Shown here: piece by piece, positions 33,301 to 44,000 of the stretch | How the letters are laid out: every line of letters starts with the position of its first letter | Position numbering within the stretch: the stretch's first letter is position 1 | NCBI GenBank assembly: GCA_963697335.1 | Contig: CAVONQ010000004.1 | Span: forward strand, 8,747-72,746 | Length of the DNA stretch: 64,000 bases | Direction of reading: 5' to 3' | Origin: an uncultured cyanobacterium | Lineage (GTDB): Bacteria > Cyanobacteriota > Cyanobacteriia > PCC-6307 > Cyanobiaceae | Translations under genes and position numbers: made by a program | Notes under the pieces: generated by a model | What the model was told of the DNA's origin: nothing | What the model saw: only the letters and a program-made list of their open reading frames with translations | The model's database searches: none

Positions 33301-35391
33301 ATGGGCCACGCCACCGCCACCCTGCCGCTGCTTGAGGGCCGGGGCTTGCCTGCCTTCGCCCAGATCACTGCTGATCAGGTTTCCACGGCGATCCCCCAGC
33401 TGCTGGAGCAGTTGCATGGCGAGCTCAGCGCCCTGGAGGCAAACCTGGAGCAGCGGCTCAACGATCCGAACGCCCCCCTGACCTGGGAGGCGGTGATGGA
33501 GCCGCTGCAGCGGCTGGGTGAAAGGCTGCGCTGGAGCTGGGGAGTGGTGAGCCACCTCAACGGCGTCTGCAACAGCCCCGAGCTGCGCGAGGCCTACCAG
33601 GAGCAGCAGGGGGCCGTGGTGGCCTTCGGAAGCCGGGCCGGCCAGAGCCAGCTGATTTTTCGCGCCCTGGCGCGGCTGGCCAGCACCGATCTCGATGCCG
33701 TCCAGCAGCGCATCGTCGAGGCGGAGCGCCGCGACATGCAGTTGCGGGGCGTGGGGCTGGAGGGCCCCGAGCAGGAGGCCTTCAACGCCGCCACCGCCGA
33801 GCTGGCCAGCCTCGCCAACGACTTCGGCAACCACGTGCTCGACGCCACCAACGGCTGGAGCCTCAGCCTCACCAGCGAGGCTGAGCTGGCCGGCCTGCCC
33901 GCCAGCCTCAGGGAGCTGCTGGCCCAGGCCGCCCGGGAGGCCGGCGAAGAGGGCTGGCGCATGGGGCTCGACATGCCCAGGGCCATGCCGTTCCTCAAGT
34001 TCAGCCAGCGGCGCGACCTGCGCGAAACGGTCTACCGGGCCCAGGTGAGCCGCGCCTCCAGCGGCGCCCTCGACAACCGGCCCCTGATCGAGCGGATCCT
34101 GACCCTCAAGCGGGAGCAGGCCCAGCGCCTGGGCTACACCAGCTGGGCCGAGGTGAGCCTGGCCACCAAGATGGCAGGCTCGGTAGCCGAGGTGGAGCAA
34201 CTGCTGGAGGAGCTGCGCGCCGCGGCCCTGCCGGCGGCCCAGCGGGAGATCGAGGAGTTGCAAGCCTGCGCCCGCCGCCACGGTGCCCCCGAGGCCGAGG
34301 AGCTCAAGCCCTGGGACGTGAGCTACTGGGCGGAGGTGCTGCGGCGGGAAACCTTTGAGCTGGATGCCGAGGCCCTGCGGCCCTGGTTCCCCCTGGAGCA
34401 GGTGCTGCAGGGGCTGTTCGGCCTCTGCCAGCGCCTCTTCGACATCCGCATCGTGAGCACGGAAGGGGAGGCGCCGCTGTGGCACCCGGACGTGCGCTAC
34501 TTCCGCGTGCTCAGCGCCGGCAGTGGCGACGAGCTGGCCGGTTTCTACCTCGATCCCTACAGCCGCCCGGGCAGCAAGCGGGGCGGCGCCTGGATGGATG
34601 AGTGCCTGGGCCGCTCCCGCAGCCCCGAGGGCACCCCGGTGCTGCCGGTGGCCTATCTGATCTGCAACCAGAGCCCGCCGGTGGGCAGCACCCCCAGCCT
34701 GATGACCTTCGACGAAGTGGAGACCCTTTTCCACGAGTTCGGCCACGGCCTGCAGCACATGCTCACCACGGTGGAGCGTCCCCAGGCCGCCGGCATCAAC
34801 AACGTGGAGTGGGATGCGGTGGAGCTTCCCAGCCAGTTCATGGAGAACTGGTGCTACGACCGCGCCACCCTGATGGGCATGGCCCGCCACTGGCAGAGCG
34901 GTGAACCGCTGCCCGAGGCCGAATACCACAAACTGCTGGCGGCGCGCACCTTCATGGGCGGCAGCGCCACCCTGCGCCAGGTGCACTTCGCCCTCACCGA
35001 CCTGCGGCTGCACAGCCAATGGACCCCGGACTGCGGCCAGACCCCTGACGAGCTGCGCCGCGCGATCGCCCGCACCACCACGGTGCTGGAGCCGATTGCC
35101 GAAGACGCCTTTCTCTGCGCCTTCAGCCACATCTTCGCCGGGGGTTACGCCGCCGGCTACTACTCCTACAAGTGGGCCGAGGTGCTCAGCGCCGATGCCT
35201 TCAGCGCCTTCGAGGAGGTGGGTCTGGACCAGGAGGACGCCATCGTGGCCACCGGCCGCCGCTTCCGCGACACGGTGCTCAGCCTCGGCGGCAGTCGCTC
35301 CCCGAGCGAAGTGTTTGAGGCCTTCCGCGGCCGCCAACCCAGCAGCGCCGCCCTGATCCGGCATTCGGGGCTGGCTGCAGTAAGCCCCTGA
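33301..35391 (+). CDS. prlC: oligopeptidase A (M3 metallopeptidase)
   Basis: KRGGAWM, TLFHEFGHGLQH, DAVELPSQ, GYAAGYYSYKWA. Confidence 0.95.
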   Translation: MGHATATLPLLEGRGLPAFAQITADQVSTAIPQLLEQLHGELSALEANLEQRLNDPNAPLTWEAVMEPLQRLGERLRWSWGVVSHLNGVCNSPELREAYQEQQGAVVAFGSRAGQSQLIFRALARLASTDLDAVQQRIVEAERRDMQLRGVGLEGPEQEAFNAATAELASLANDFGNHVLDATNGWSLSLTSEAELAGLPASLRELLAQAAREAGEEGWRMGLDMPRAMPFLKFSQRRDLRETVYRAQVSRASSGALDNRPLIERILTLKREQAQRLGYTSWAEVSLATKMAGSVAEVEQLLEELRAAALPAAQREIEELQACARRHGAPEAEELKPWDVSYWAEVLRRETFELDAEALRPWFPLEQVLQGLFGLCQRLFDIRIVSTEGEAPLWHPDVRYFRVLSAGSGDELAGFYLDPYSRPGSKRGGAWMDECLGRSRSPEGTPVLPVAYLICNQSPPVGSTPSLMTFDEVETLFHEFGHGLQHMLTTVERPQAAGINNVEWDAVELPSQFMENWCYDRATLMGMARHWQSGEPLPEAEYHKLLAARTFMGGSATLRQVHFALTDLRLHSQWTPDCGQTPDELRRAIARTTTVLEPIAEDAFLCAFSHIFAGGYAAGYYSYKWAEVLSADAFSAFEEVGLDQEDAIVATGRRFRDTVLSLGGSRSPSEVFEAFRGRQPSSAALIRHSGLAAVSP

Positions 35392-35449
35392 GCCGAGGAG
35401 GTGCCCCACTGGGGCTTGTCCGGACGACCCCACTGGGCAGGATGGGGCC

Positions 35450-36592
35450 ATGCTCCCCCCCCAGCCCGATCTGCAGCGCCTGGCCGAGCGCTTCGCCATT
35501 CCCGGCTCGGTCACCAGCGTTGCCCCCCTCGGCAACGGCAATGTCAACGACACCTACCTGGTGGAGACCTCAGCCGCGCAGCGCTTCGTGCTGCAGCGGC
35601 TCAACTCCGCAGTCTTTCGCCATCCCGAGCTGGTGATGGCCAACATCGTGGCCCTGAACCGGCATCTGGCCGCCAGGGTGCCTGACCGAGGACCGGCGGG
35701 TCGGCGCTGGGTGCTGCCCCAGGCGATCCCCCTGCGCCAGGCGGAACCAGCCGATCCCCAGGGCGGTGGCGGCAGCCACCACCTCACGGAGCCGAGCGGC
35801 AGCTGGCGGCTGCTGAGTTACGTGGAGGGGGCCACCACCCACGACACCGTGCTCGATCTCGACCATGCGGCCGAGGTGGGGCGAGCCCTCGGCAGCTTCC
35901 ACGCCCTGATCCACGACCTCCCCTGCGAGCAGCTGGCCGACACCCTGGAGGGGTTCCACATCACCCCGGGGTACCTGAGCCGCTACGAGGCCGTGTGCCG
36001 GCAGGCCCTGGCCGAGCGGTCAGCCCCGGGGCTGGATCGGGCCGAGCAGGAGTGCATGGCCTTCGTGGAGCAGCGGCAGGGCCAGGCGGCGGTGCTGGAG
36101 GACGCCAAGGCCCGGGGGCTGCTGCAGCTGCGGCCGATCCACGGCGACCCCAAGGTGAACAACGTGATGCTGGACTCCCGCAGCGGCCGCGCCGTGGCCC
36201 TGGTGGATCTGGACACGGTGAAGCCCGGCCTGGTGCACTACGACATCGGTGACTGCCTGCGCTCCGGCTGCAACCCGGCCGGGGAGGAGGCCAGCGATCT
36301 CAAGGCGGTGGTGTTCGACCTGGAGCGCTGCCAGGCGATGCTCGGCGGCTACCTGGAGCAGGCCAGGGCCTTCCTCACCCCGGCGGATTTCGATCACCTC
36401 TATGCGGCGATACGGCTGATCAGCTTCGAGCTGGGTCTGCGCTTTTTCACCGACCACCTGGCCGGAGACCGCTATTTCAAGGTGACCCATCGGGGCCACA
36501 ACCTGCAGCGAGCCAGGGTGCAGTTCCGGCTCACCGAGAGCATCGAGGCCCAGGAGGCCGAGATCCGTGCCCTGGTGGAGGCCCTGCGCTGA
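35450..36592 (+). CDS. APH-superfamily phosphotransferase (N-acetylhexosamine 1-kinase-like)
   Basis: GNGNVNDTY, VLQRLN, HGDPKVNN, VDLDTVKPG, GLRFFTDHL.GDRYF. Confidence 0.85.
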   Translation: MLPPQPDLQRLAERFAIPGSVTSVAPLGNGNVNDTYLVETSAAQRFVLQRLNSAVFRHPELVMANIVALNRHLAARVPDRGPAGRRWVLPQAIPLRQAEPADPQGGGGSHHLTEPSGSWRLLSYVEGATTHDTVLDLDHAAEVGRALGSFHALIHDLPCEQLADTLEGFHITPGYLSRYEAVCRQALAERSAPGLDRAEQECMAFVEQRQGQAAVLEDAKARGLLQLRPIHGDPKVNNVMLDSRSGRAVALVDLDTVKPGLVHYDIGDCLRSGCNPAGEEASDLKAVVFDLERCQAMLGGYLEQARAFLTPADFDHLYAAIRLISFELGLRFFTDHLAGDRYFKVTHRGHNLQRARVQFRLTESIEAQEAEIRALVEALR

Positions 36593-37177
36593 TGGCCCGC
36601 CATCGATTCCAGCTCGTCCCCTTCCCCAGCGATGCAGTCCCCAGTCCCACAGTGACGATCCAGGGCCAGCTCGCCCTCGAGCCCCAGGACCAGGGCGGGC
36701 CGGGGCTGGAACTCCTGATCGAGCTGAGCGCCGCTGGAGTTCACCCCGGCCTAGAAGCGCTGCTGATTCCAGAGCCGCAGGCCAACCCTGGCGGCCCCCG
36801 GCGCGACGAGCTCTGGCAGCACACCTGCCTGGAATGCTTCGTGGCGCCAGCAGGCCAGCCCGGCTATCTGGAGTTCAATCTCGCTCCGGACGGGGCCTGG
36901 AACGTGTACGCCCTGGAGGGCTACCGCCGAGGGGCTCAACCCCGCCGCCGGCTTCGACGCGCTGCCCTTCAGCTGGCAGTGCAGCGCCTCAGCCCTGCGG
37001 CTCAGCCTGCGCTGCCAGCTCCCGGAGGCCTGGGCCACGGCCACGGCCTTCGACTGGCAGGTGAGCGCCGTGCTGGAGCAGCGCGATGGCCTGCTCAGCT
37101 ACTGGGCGCTGCGCCATCCCACCGGCGCCCCCGACTTCCACGCCAGGCCGCAGTGGACCCAGGCGAGCCCCCTCTGA
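36592..37177 (+). pseudogene. DOMON-like domain protein interrupted by a +1 frameshift (real or assembly error)
   Basis: RRDELWQHTCLECF..YLEFNLAPDGAWNVY..YR, then after 1 extra nt near 36925-36934 VSAVLEQRDGLLSYWALRHP..PDFH, TGA at 37177; span 586 nt = 3n+1. Confidence 0.75.
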
Positions 37178-37315
37178 GACGCCAGCGACAGCCGCCACTG
37201 GATCTCCCACATGCCGCTGTGGCAGGCGCCCTTTACGACAGCTGCATCGAGCACATGCGCGGCTTTGAGGCGGCGACGCCGCTGCCCCTGAAGCTGGCCC
37301 GGCTGCTGCGGCCGT

Positions 37316-38359
37316 TCAGGAACGATCGTTCCGCACCTGCTCCCTGATCAGGGCCACCGAGGCCTCCACGGCCTGGCACGAGAGCACCAGCATCCGCGCC
37401 TGGCTGGCGGCGATCGCCTCGAGGGGACAGGCTTCGATGCAGCGCTGCATCAGCGCCAGCAGGCTGTCGGGCGTGAGGTCCTCGGCCGCAAACAGCAGCG
37501 GCCAGCTGATCCGACCCAGCACCTCGGTGAGCTTGCCGCCGCCGGCGATCTGGTCCACGGCGATCACCGGCACGCCGGCCGCCAGGCCCAGCAGGGAGCC
37601 GTGCAGACGGGTGGTGAGCACCAGGTCCACCGCCGCGAACTGGGCCTCGATGCGCTCCCGTGGATTGGATGCCGAGAGCACGGTGTCGATCGGCTCCACC
37701 AGCCCTGGCTGACGCTCCAGCACCGCGGTGAACAGCGCCCCCACGGCCGAGGAGCGATCGCGGCCAAGGCCGTAATCCTTCTGGCGACCGCGCAGGCACA
37801 GGCCGATGCGGGCCTCGGCCAGGGAGGCGGGTCGGGGGCGCTCCAGGGGAGGCTCACAGTGGCTGATGGCCAGATCGAAGCGGCCAGGTTTGACGCCCTC
37901 CCCAGGGCCTGGGGTCTCGGCAACCGCCACGCCGTCGCGCACCACCACACCATCGAGTTGGCGGTTGAGGGCCTCCTGGCTCTGCAGCAGCGACACGCCG
38001 GCGGCCAGCTTGCGCGTGTGGCCACTGGCCGCCAGCAGGCGTCGCATGCGCTTGGTGTGCACCAAGGGGCCACAGACGAACACCAGGGTGCTGAGCTGGG
38101 GCGCCAGGGCCGAGGGATCCGGGGTGGATCGATGGGCCGGGCCCGCATGGCTGGGGTGGGACAGCACGCTGTGCTCAATCCCGGCCCGGCGGAGGGCGGC
38201 CGAGAGATTATCCACCGCCAGTAGATCCCCGAGCGTGGCGCCGCGGGGCCAGCTGCCCCACCAGATCAGGGCGATCGGGGCGCAGCCCCGGGGTTGCAGC
38301 CAAGGCAAACCTTGCAGCCAGGCCTGCCGCCGCAGCCAGCGGCCGAGGTGATCAGCCAT
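37316..38359 (-). CDS. polysaccharide pyruvyl transferase family protein
   Basis: ATLGD, VFVCGP, TTRLHG...GVPVIAV; ATG 38359 overlaps the end of folB. Confidence 0.72.
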   Translation of the reverse strand: MADHLGRWLRRQAWLQGLPWLQPRGCAPIALIWWGSWPRGATLGDLLAVDNLSAALRRAGIEHSVLSHPSHAGPAHRSTPDPSALAPQLSTLVFVCGPLVHTKRMRRLLAASGHTRKLAAGVSLLQSQEALNRQLDGVVVRDGVAVAETPGPGEGVKPGRFDLAISHCEPPLERPRPASLAEARIGLCLRGRQKDYGLGRDRSSAVGALFTAVLERQPGLVEPIDTVLSASNPRERIEAQFAAVDLVLTTRLHGSLLGLAAGVPVIAVDQIAGGGKLTEVLGRISWPLLFAAEDLTPDSLLALMQRCIEACPLEAIAASQARMLVLSCQAVEASVALIREQVRNDRS

Positions 38360-38765
38360 CGCCCAACCCCGCAGCCAGCCAGCGGCGCTGCCGCCGCACG
38401 GCCACCTGGCCGCTGAAACCGGGCACCGGCGCCGAGCACTTGCGCAGCTCCAGCTGGATCGGCACGGCGCCATAGAGCTGCTCTGCCCGCTCGAGGATGC
38501 GCTCGCTGAACTGCTCCAGGGTCCAGCAAACCGTGGAGCGGGCCAGCTGCTGCAGGGCGATGATCAGGAGGCCGTAGTCGAGGCTGGCGGCCAGGTCGTC
38601 CTCCCGAGCGGCCCTGCTCAGGTCAGCCGCCAGGGTCAGGTCGAGCTCAAACCACTGGCCCAGCTGCCGTTCCTGCTCCAGCACCCCCACGTGGGCCCAT
38701 ACCCGCAGGCCCCGCACCAGGATCTGATCACCTCTGGCAGCAGCGGCCCTCGCCTCGGTGCTCAC
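38352..38765 (-). CDS. folB: dihydroneopterin aldolase
   Basis: [34 protein letters not shown]. Confidence 0.9.
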   Translation of the reverse strand: MSTEARAAAARGDQILVRGLRVWAHVGVLEQERQLGQWFELDLTLAADLSRAAREDDLAASLDYGLLIIALQQLARSTVCWTLEQFSERILERAEQLYGAVPIQLELRKCSAPVPGFSGQVAVRRQRRWLAAGLGDG

Positions 38766-40018
38766 AGCGGCAGGGCCCGGTGGCTGAACTGACGCTCACC
38801 ACTGGCGTAGTCCGCGGCGGTCTGGCCCTGGCCGCGCAGGCGGTAGCGGTAGGTGATCAGACCCTCCAGCCCCACCGGCCCGCGCGGCGGCAGGGTCTGG
38901 GTGCTGATGCCCACCTCGGCGCCGAAGCCGTAGCGGAAGCCATCGGCGAAGCGGGTGCTGCAGTTGAGAAACACGCCGGCGCTGTCCACGCCGGCCAGGA
39001 AGCGGTCGGCGGCCTGCTCGTCTGCGGTGCAGATGGCCTCGGTGTGGCGGGAGCCGTAGCGGCTGATGTGCTCCAAGGCGCCATCGAGATCCTCCACCAC
39101 CTTCACCGCCAGGACCAGGTCGGAGTACTCGCAGCCCCAGTCCTCCTCCCGGGCCGCCACGGCCACCCCGAGGGCCTGGCTGGCCGGATCGCCGCGCAGT
39201 TCCACCCCGGCCGCCGCGAAGGCCGGCAGCGCCAGCGGCAGAAAACGGTCGGCAATCGCCCGGTGCACCAGCAGGGTCTCGATCGCGTTGCAGGCGGCCG
39301 GGTACTGGGTTTTGGCGTCCAGGGCCACCCGCAGGCTCAGCTCGCAGTCGGCGGCCGCATCCACATAGAGGTGGCAGACGCCGTCCGCATGGCCCAGCAC
39401 CGGGATGCGGGTGTTGTCCTGGATGAACCGCACCAGGGCATTCGAGCCCCGGGGAATGATCAGGTCCACCAGCCCATCGAGTTTCAGCAGGGCCAGGCTC
39501 TCCTCGCGGCTGGTGAGCAGCGCCAGGGCCTCGGGCGCCACGGCGCTGCCGGCCAGGCCCTGCTGCAGGGCGTCGAGGATGGCGGCGCAGCTGCGGCTCG
39601 CCTCCCGACCCCCCTTGAGGATGGCGCCGTTGCCGGAGCGGATCGCCAGCGAGGCGATCTGCATCACCGCATCCGGCCGCGCCTCGAAGATCACGCCGAG
39701 CACGCCGAGGGGCACGGTGATCCGCTCCAGCACCAGCCCCTGGTCCAGCTCGGTGTGCAGCTGGCGCTGGCCCAGGGGGTCCGCCAGCCCCGCCACCTGC
39801 CGCACCCCTTCGATGGCGGCCTCGAGCTTGGGCCCATCGAGCTTGAGCCGGGCCACGAGCGCCGGCGCCAGGCCAGCGGCGGCGGCCGCCTTCAGGTCGG
39901 CGACATTGGCAGCCAGGATGGCGTCGCGGGCAGCCTGCAGGGCATCCGCCATGGCCAGCACGGCCTGCTGACGCTCCAGATCGGAGCACTGGCCCAGGTC
40001 CATGGCACTGCGCCGCAC
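38762..40018 (-). CDS. proA: gamma-glutamyl phosphate reductase; true start probably further upstream
   Basis: [52 protein letters not shown]. Confidence 0.95.
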   Translation of the reverse strand: MRRSAMDLGQCSDLERQQAVLAMADALQAARDAILAANVADLKAAAAAGLAPALVARLKLDGPKLEAAIEGVRQVAGLADPLGQRQLHTELDQGLVLERITVPLGVLGVIFEARPDAVMQIASLAIRSGNGAILKGGREASRSCAAILDALQQGLAGSAVAPEALALLTSREESLALLKLDGLVDLIIPRGSNALVRFIQDNTRIPVLGHADGVCHLYVDAAADCELSLRVALDAKTQYPAACNAIETLLVHRAIADRFLPLALPAFAAAGVELRGDPASQALGVAVAAREEDWGCEYSDLVLAVKVVEDLDGALEHISRYGSRHTEAICTADEQAADRFLAGVDSAGVFLNCSTRFADGFRYGFGAEVGISTQTLPPRGPVGLEGLITYRYRLRGQGQTAADYASGERQFSHRALPL

Positions 40019-40119
40019 CGTGGCCGCCCGCTGCAGCAGCTCGGGGCTGGGGTCAGGAACACCGGCAGCGGTTGGCGAGGCCGCGCGCAGAGCTGGAGGC
40101 GATGGAGGTCATCGGTCCA

Positions 40120-41031
40120 TCATCCCAAGCCGCCGGGCGGCAGACGCTCGAAGGCCAGGCGCGCCGCCCCCAGCCGGCCGGCGCCATTGCCCAGGGCGCA
40201 GCGCTCGATGCGCAGATCGTGGCGGCTCACCGCCAGCACCCGCTCCTCCACCTCCTCCCACACCGCTGGCAGGAAGTGGTGGCTGGCACCGCTGAGGCCG
40301 CCGCCGAACAACACCAGCTCCGGGGTGAGCACATAGAGGAGGGAGCTGAGACCGATGCCGAGCAGGCGGCCGTAGCGGTGCCACACCGCCAGGGCGTCTG
40401 CATCGCCCGCGTCGGCCAGGCGGCAGAGCTCGAGGGGATCGAGCGGGCTCAGCCGCGCCAGACCACCGATGCTGCAGTAGCTCTCCAGGGAGCCGCGGTT
40501 GCCGCTGTTGCAGGGCGGACCGTCGGGCTGCAGGCCGATCAGTCCGGGTTCGGCCGCCGCGCCGGCGTGCCCGGTGAACAGCTGCCCGCCCAGCAGCACC
40601 GCCCCCCCCACCCCCGTGCCCAGCGTGAGCAGCAGCACGTCGGCAGCACCACGGGCGGCGCCATGCCAGAGCTCGCCGATGACGGCGCAGTTGGCGTCGT
40701 TGGCCAGGGTCACGGGCCGCTGCAACAGCGGCTCCAGCCAGTCGGCCAGGGGCACATCGCGCCAGCCGGGCAGGTTGATGGCGATGCTGGCGCGGCGGCA
40801 GGAGCGATCACTGGGCCCCGGATGGCCGATGCCCACCCGACCGGCCAGGCGCTGCGGATCCAGCGACTCCACCGCCTCCTGGATCGCCATCGTCACGGCG
40901 CCGGGCATGGCCGGCTGGGGGGTGGGGCAGACGGCTTCGGCCAGAAGCTCGCCGGCCTCGCTGAAACGACCGAGCTTGATGGCAGTGCCGCCCAGATCCA
41001 CCCCGATCGCCTGCTGCCTGGGTTCGGCCAT
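40120..41031 (-). CDS. ROK family sugar kinase
   Basis: GVDLGGT, NDANCA, TLGTGVGG, E.G...C.SG.RG.LE. Confidence 0.9.
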   Translation of the reverse strand: MAEPRQQAIGVDLGGTAIKLGRFSEAGELLAEAVCPTPQPAMPGAVTMAIQEAVESLDPQRLAGRVGIGHPGPSDRSCRRASIAINLPGWRDVPLADWLEPLLQRPVTLANDANCAVIGELWHGAARGAADVLLLTLGTGVGGAVLLGGQLFTGHAGAAAEPGLIGLQPDGPPCNSGNRGSLESYCSIGGLARLSPLDPLELCRLADAGDADALAVWHRYGRLLGIGLSSLLYVLTPELVLFGGGLSGASHHFLPAVWEEVEERVLAVSRHDLRIERCALGNGAGRLGAARLAFERLPPGGLG

Positions 41032-41032
41032 C

Positions 41033-44000
41033 TCAGAAGCGCAGGAACACCTGCAGCTGGCCCTGCCACGCCCCTTGGGTGTCGACGGAACCCTGCAGGT
41101 TGATCAGGTCAGTGGCCTTGTAGTTGAGGTTGAGCTGGGGGGCCACGTCACTGCGGTTCGGGGCGGCGAGCACCGAGGCACTGAAGCGCTCGTTGATGTC
41201 GAGGCCGATTTCGGCCCCCAGCACCAGCTGGGGGGGCACCTGCTGGGAGCGGCGCTCGGAGCGACTGCCGAGGGTGGGGTTCACGTAGGCGGGATAGAGG
41301 GCGAAGCTGAGCCGCTGGTCGAAGGCGTCGCTGAGGCTACCGAGCAGGGGAGCGAGCAGCGTCTGACCCACCACCGTGGCCAGGGCGGCGCCGGCCCCGC
41401 CTCCGGTGAGGCCGGCCAGGGAGTTGCCGCCGATCAGGGCAAGCAGGCGGTCCTGGGGCAGGGGCGGGCTGCTGCGCAGCACGATCGTGTCGGCCAGGCG
41501 GTCGGCAGGTCCGCTCACGGACAGGAACACCCGGACCAGATTGAGCTGATCCAGGGTGCCGGCGCCCCCCTGGGACTCGATCTGCGCCAGGGAGGGGCCG
41601 AGGGAACCGCTCCCCAGGCCGCCCACCTGCAGGGTGTCGGACACCCGCGTGCGCAGGGCCACATCCACGAAGGGGATCAGCCCTGCTGAGGGGGTGAACA
41701 CGGCCACGTTGGGAGCATCAGGATCGAGGCTGAAGGTGGTGGTGAACAGGGTGAGGCGGCCCCGCTTGAGCCGCACCACCCCGCGGGCCTCCAGGCTGGT
41801 GTCCAGCCTGCCGTTGATGCGCAGCACACCCTCTGAGGCAAAGCTGGCGAGGTTGGGCACCACCACCATCAGGTCCGGGCCGAGGCTGAGGCGCAGATCG
41901 TCGAAGCCGATCACGCTGGCGGCGGGCAGCAGCTCGCGCAGGTTGGCGCTCGCCCGGCTTTCCACACCAGGGCCGAGCAGGTCGAGGGCCGTGCTGAAAT
42001 CCCAGTTCTGCAACGCCTCACGCGACACGGTGGTGGTGCTGTCGCCGGCATCCGTCGCCGCCGGGCCCTCCGGCTGCACGTTGATTGAGCCCTTGGACAC
42101 GCTCAGATCGCCACCGATGTCAAGGGCCGCCAGGCTGCCCGACACCAGCAGCGAACCGGCCGCCACGGCCTTCACCCGCGGCAGGGCGACGGGCACGTCC
42201 TTGAGTTCCAGATTGAGCTGGGAAGGCTGGCCGTCCTCCATGACAGCCGGCTCCAGCAGGCCCAGGCTGCCGCTGCCGCTGATCGAGCCCTTCTCGGCCA
42301 CCCGGGCGGAGAACTCCTGGAGGAACAGCTGCTCGAAATCAAAGAGCACCGTGGCCTGCAGGTTGTCCACCTTCTGACCCACCAGGGTGAGCGCGGCATC
42401 GCGGAAGCGCAGAAAGCCGTTGGCGATCGGCCTGTCGAGGCTGCCGCGCATCAGCAGCTGCAGATCTCCTCCGCCCTCCTTCCACTCCACTTCGGGGCGG
42501 GCCAGCTCCGTGAGGAAGCGCAGGCCATCGTCGCGGCTGGCCAGGCGCAGTTCCAACCCCTGCGTGGCTGGATTGAGCGGCACCTGGCCCGCCAGCTCGA
42601 TGTTGCTCTCCGCCCCCTCGGCCCGCAGGGCCAGATCCACGTTGAGCAGGTCTGCCGCCACGGCCACGGCACCCCGCTCGAGCAGCAGGGGCGTCTCCCC
42701 GAGAGCCCCGTCCTCCAGGGCGAAGTCCAGGCTGAGTTCGGGGTCGGCGCCACCCAGGCGGTAGCGCCCTTGAGCGGCAATCCGGCCCCGCAGACTCTCG
42801 GGCACTGGCGTGAGCAGGGCCACCAGTGCCAGGGGCAGGCCAGTGAGGGAGAGCTGGCCCTGGCCCATCCGGAACGGGCCCTGCAGCGTCACCCGTACGG
42901 GCTCGCTGGTGAGGGCCTGGTCCTGGTCCTGACCGGGGAACCAGAGGTGGGCCCTCAGGGAGAGATCGGCGCGGGTGTCCACCAGCCTGGGACCGGTGAG
43001 GGTGGCATCGAGATCAAAGCGTCCCGCCAGCTTCTCCAAGCGTTGGGCCACGGTGAGCCCGCTGAGCGGATCGCGACGGGCCCCCTGCAGGGCCGTGCTC
43101 GCCAGCTCAAGGGCCGCCAGCTGGCCATCGATACTCCCCCCCAGGGTGTCGATCAGGAAGGTGCCGAGGTCCGACGCCGACCCCCCAGCCAGCTGGCCCT
43201 CGCCCTGCCACAGCGGCCAGGCCTCCAGGAGCTGGCGCACCAGCGGATCCCGCAGCTCTCGCCCCGTGATCGTGGCCCGGAAGGGGCCCTTCCAACGGCC
43301 ATTCCAGTCGACCGCGACGCCGCCACCGCTGAGGGGCACCACATCGACGCGAGCCTGATAGCGGCGCTCGGTGTAGCGGCCGGAAATGCTGGCCTCCTGG
43401 GCCCAGACGCCGAGCAGCACCGGCCGGTCCAGGCGGGCCTGACCGCTGAAGGCCAGGGGCTGGAGTTCCAGTTCACCCCCACCGGTGAGGGCGCCCTGGA
43501 GCGGTTGACGCTGGCTGCGGGGGCCCAGGGTGAGCATCAGGCCATCGAGGGGGAAGGCGTCGGCAGTCCAGCGGTAGAGCCGCGGCGACCCGCGCAGGGC
43601 CAGGGACCCGTCGCTGCGGCGCAGCAGCAGCGACTCGGGCACCCAGCGGCGATTCAGGCTTGCTTCCAGGGAGGCCGGCTGGGGAGTGCCCACAGCGCGC
43701 ATCGCCAGGCGCCCGCCTCCCTCGGCCTTGCCGAACCAGTCGCCAGACCAGGTTTCCGACACCCGCAGGGGGCCCGCTCCCGGGCTGGACACCGTCAGGG
43801 CAAAGTCCGGGGTCAGGGCTGTGAGGGGGCCCCGGATGCTGCCTGAGGCATTGAGCACGCCCTCGAGGTTGGTGCCCACGGCGGCGCTGAGTTGCGGCAG
43901 CGGGAAATCGTTGATCGCCAGGCGTAGGTCCAGGAGGCCAGGGCGCACGGGCTGGCCGGGGCTGAAGCGCAGCGGCAGGTTGCCGCTGGCCGTGAGATGG

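Noticed and set aside
36592..37347. 251-aa ORF as an intact gene
   Set aside because: Conserved C-terminal motifs lie in the +1 frame; treated as frameshifted
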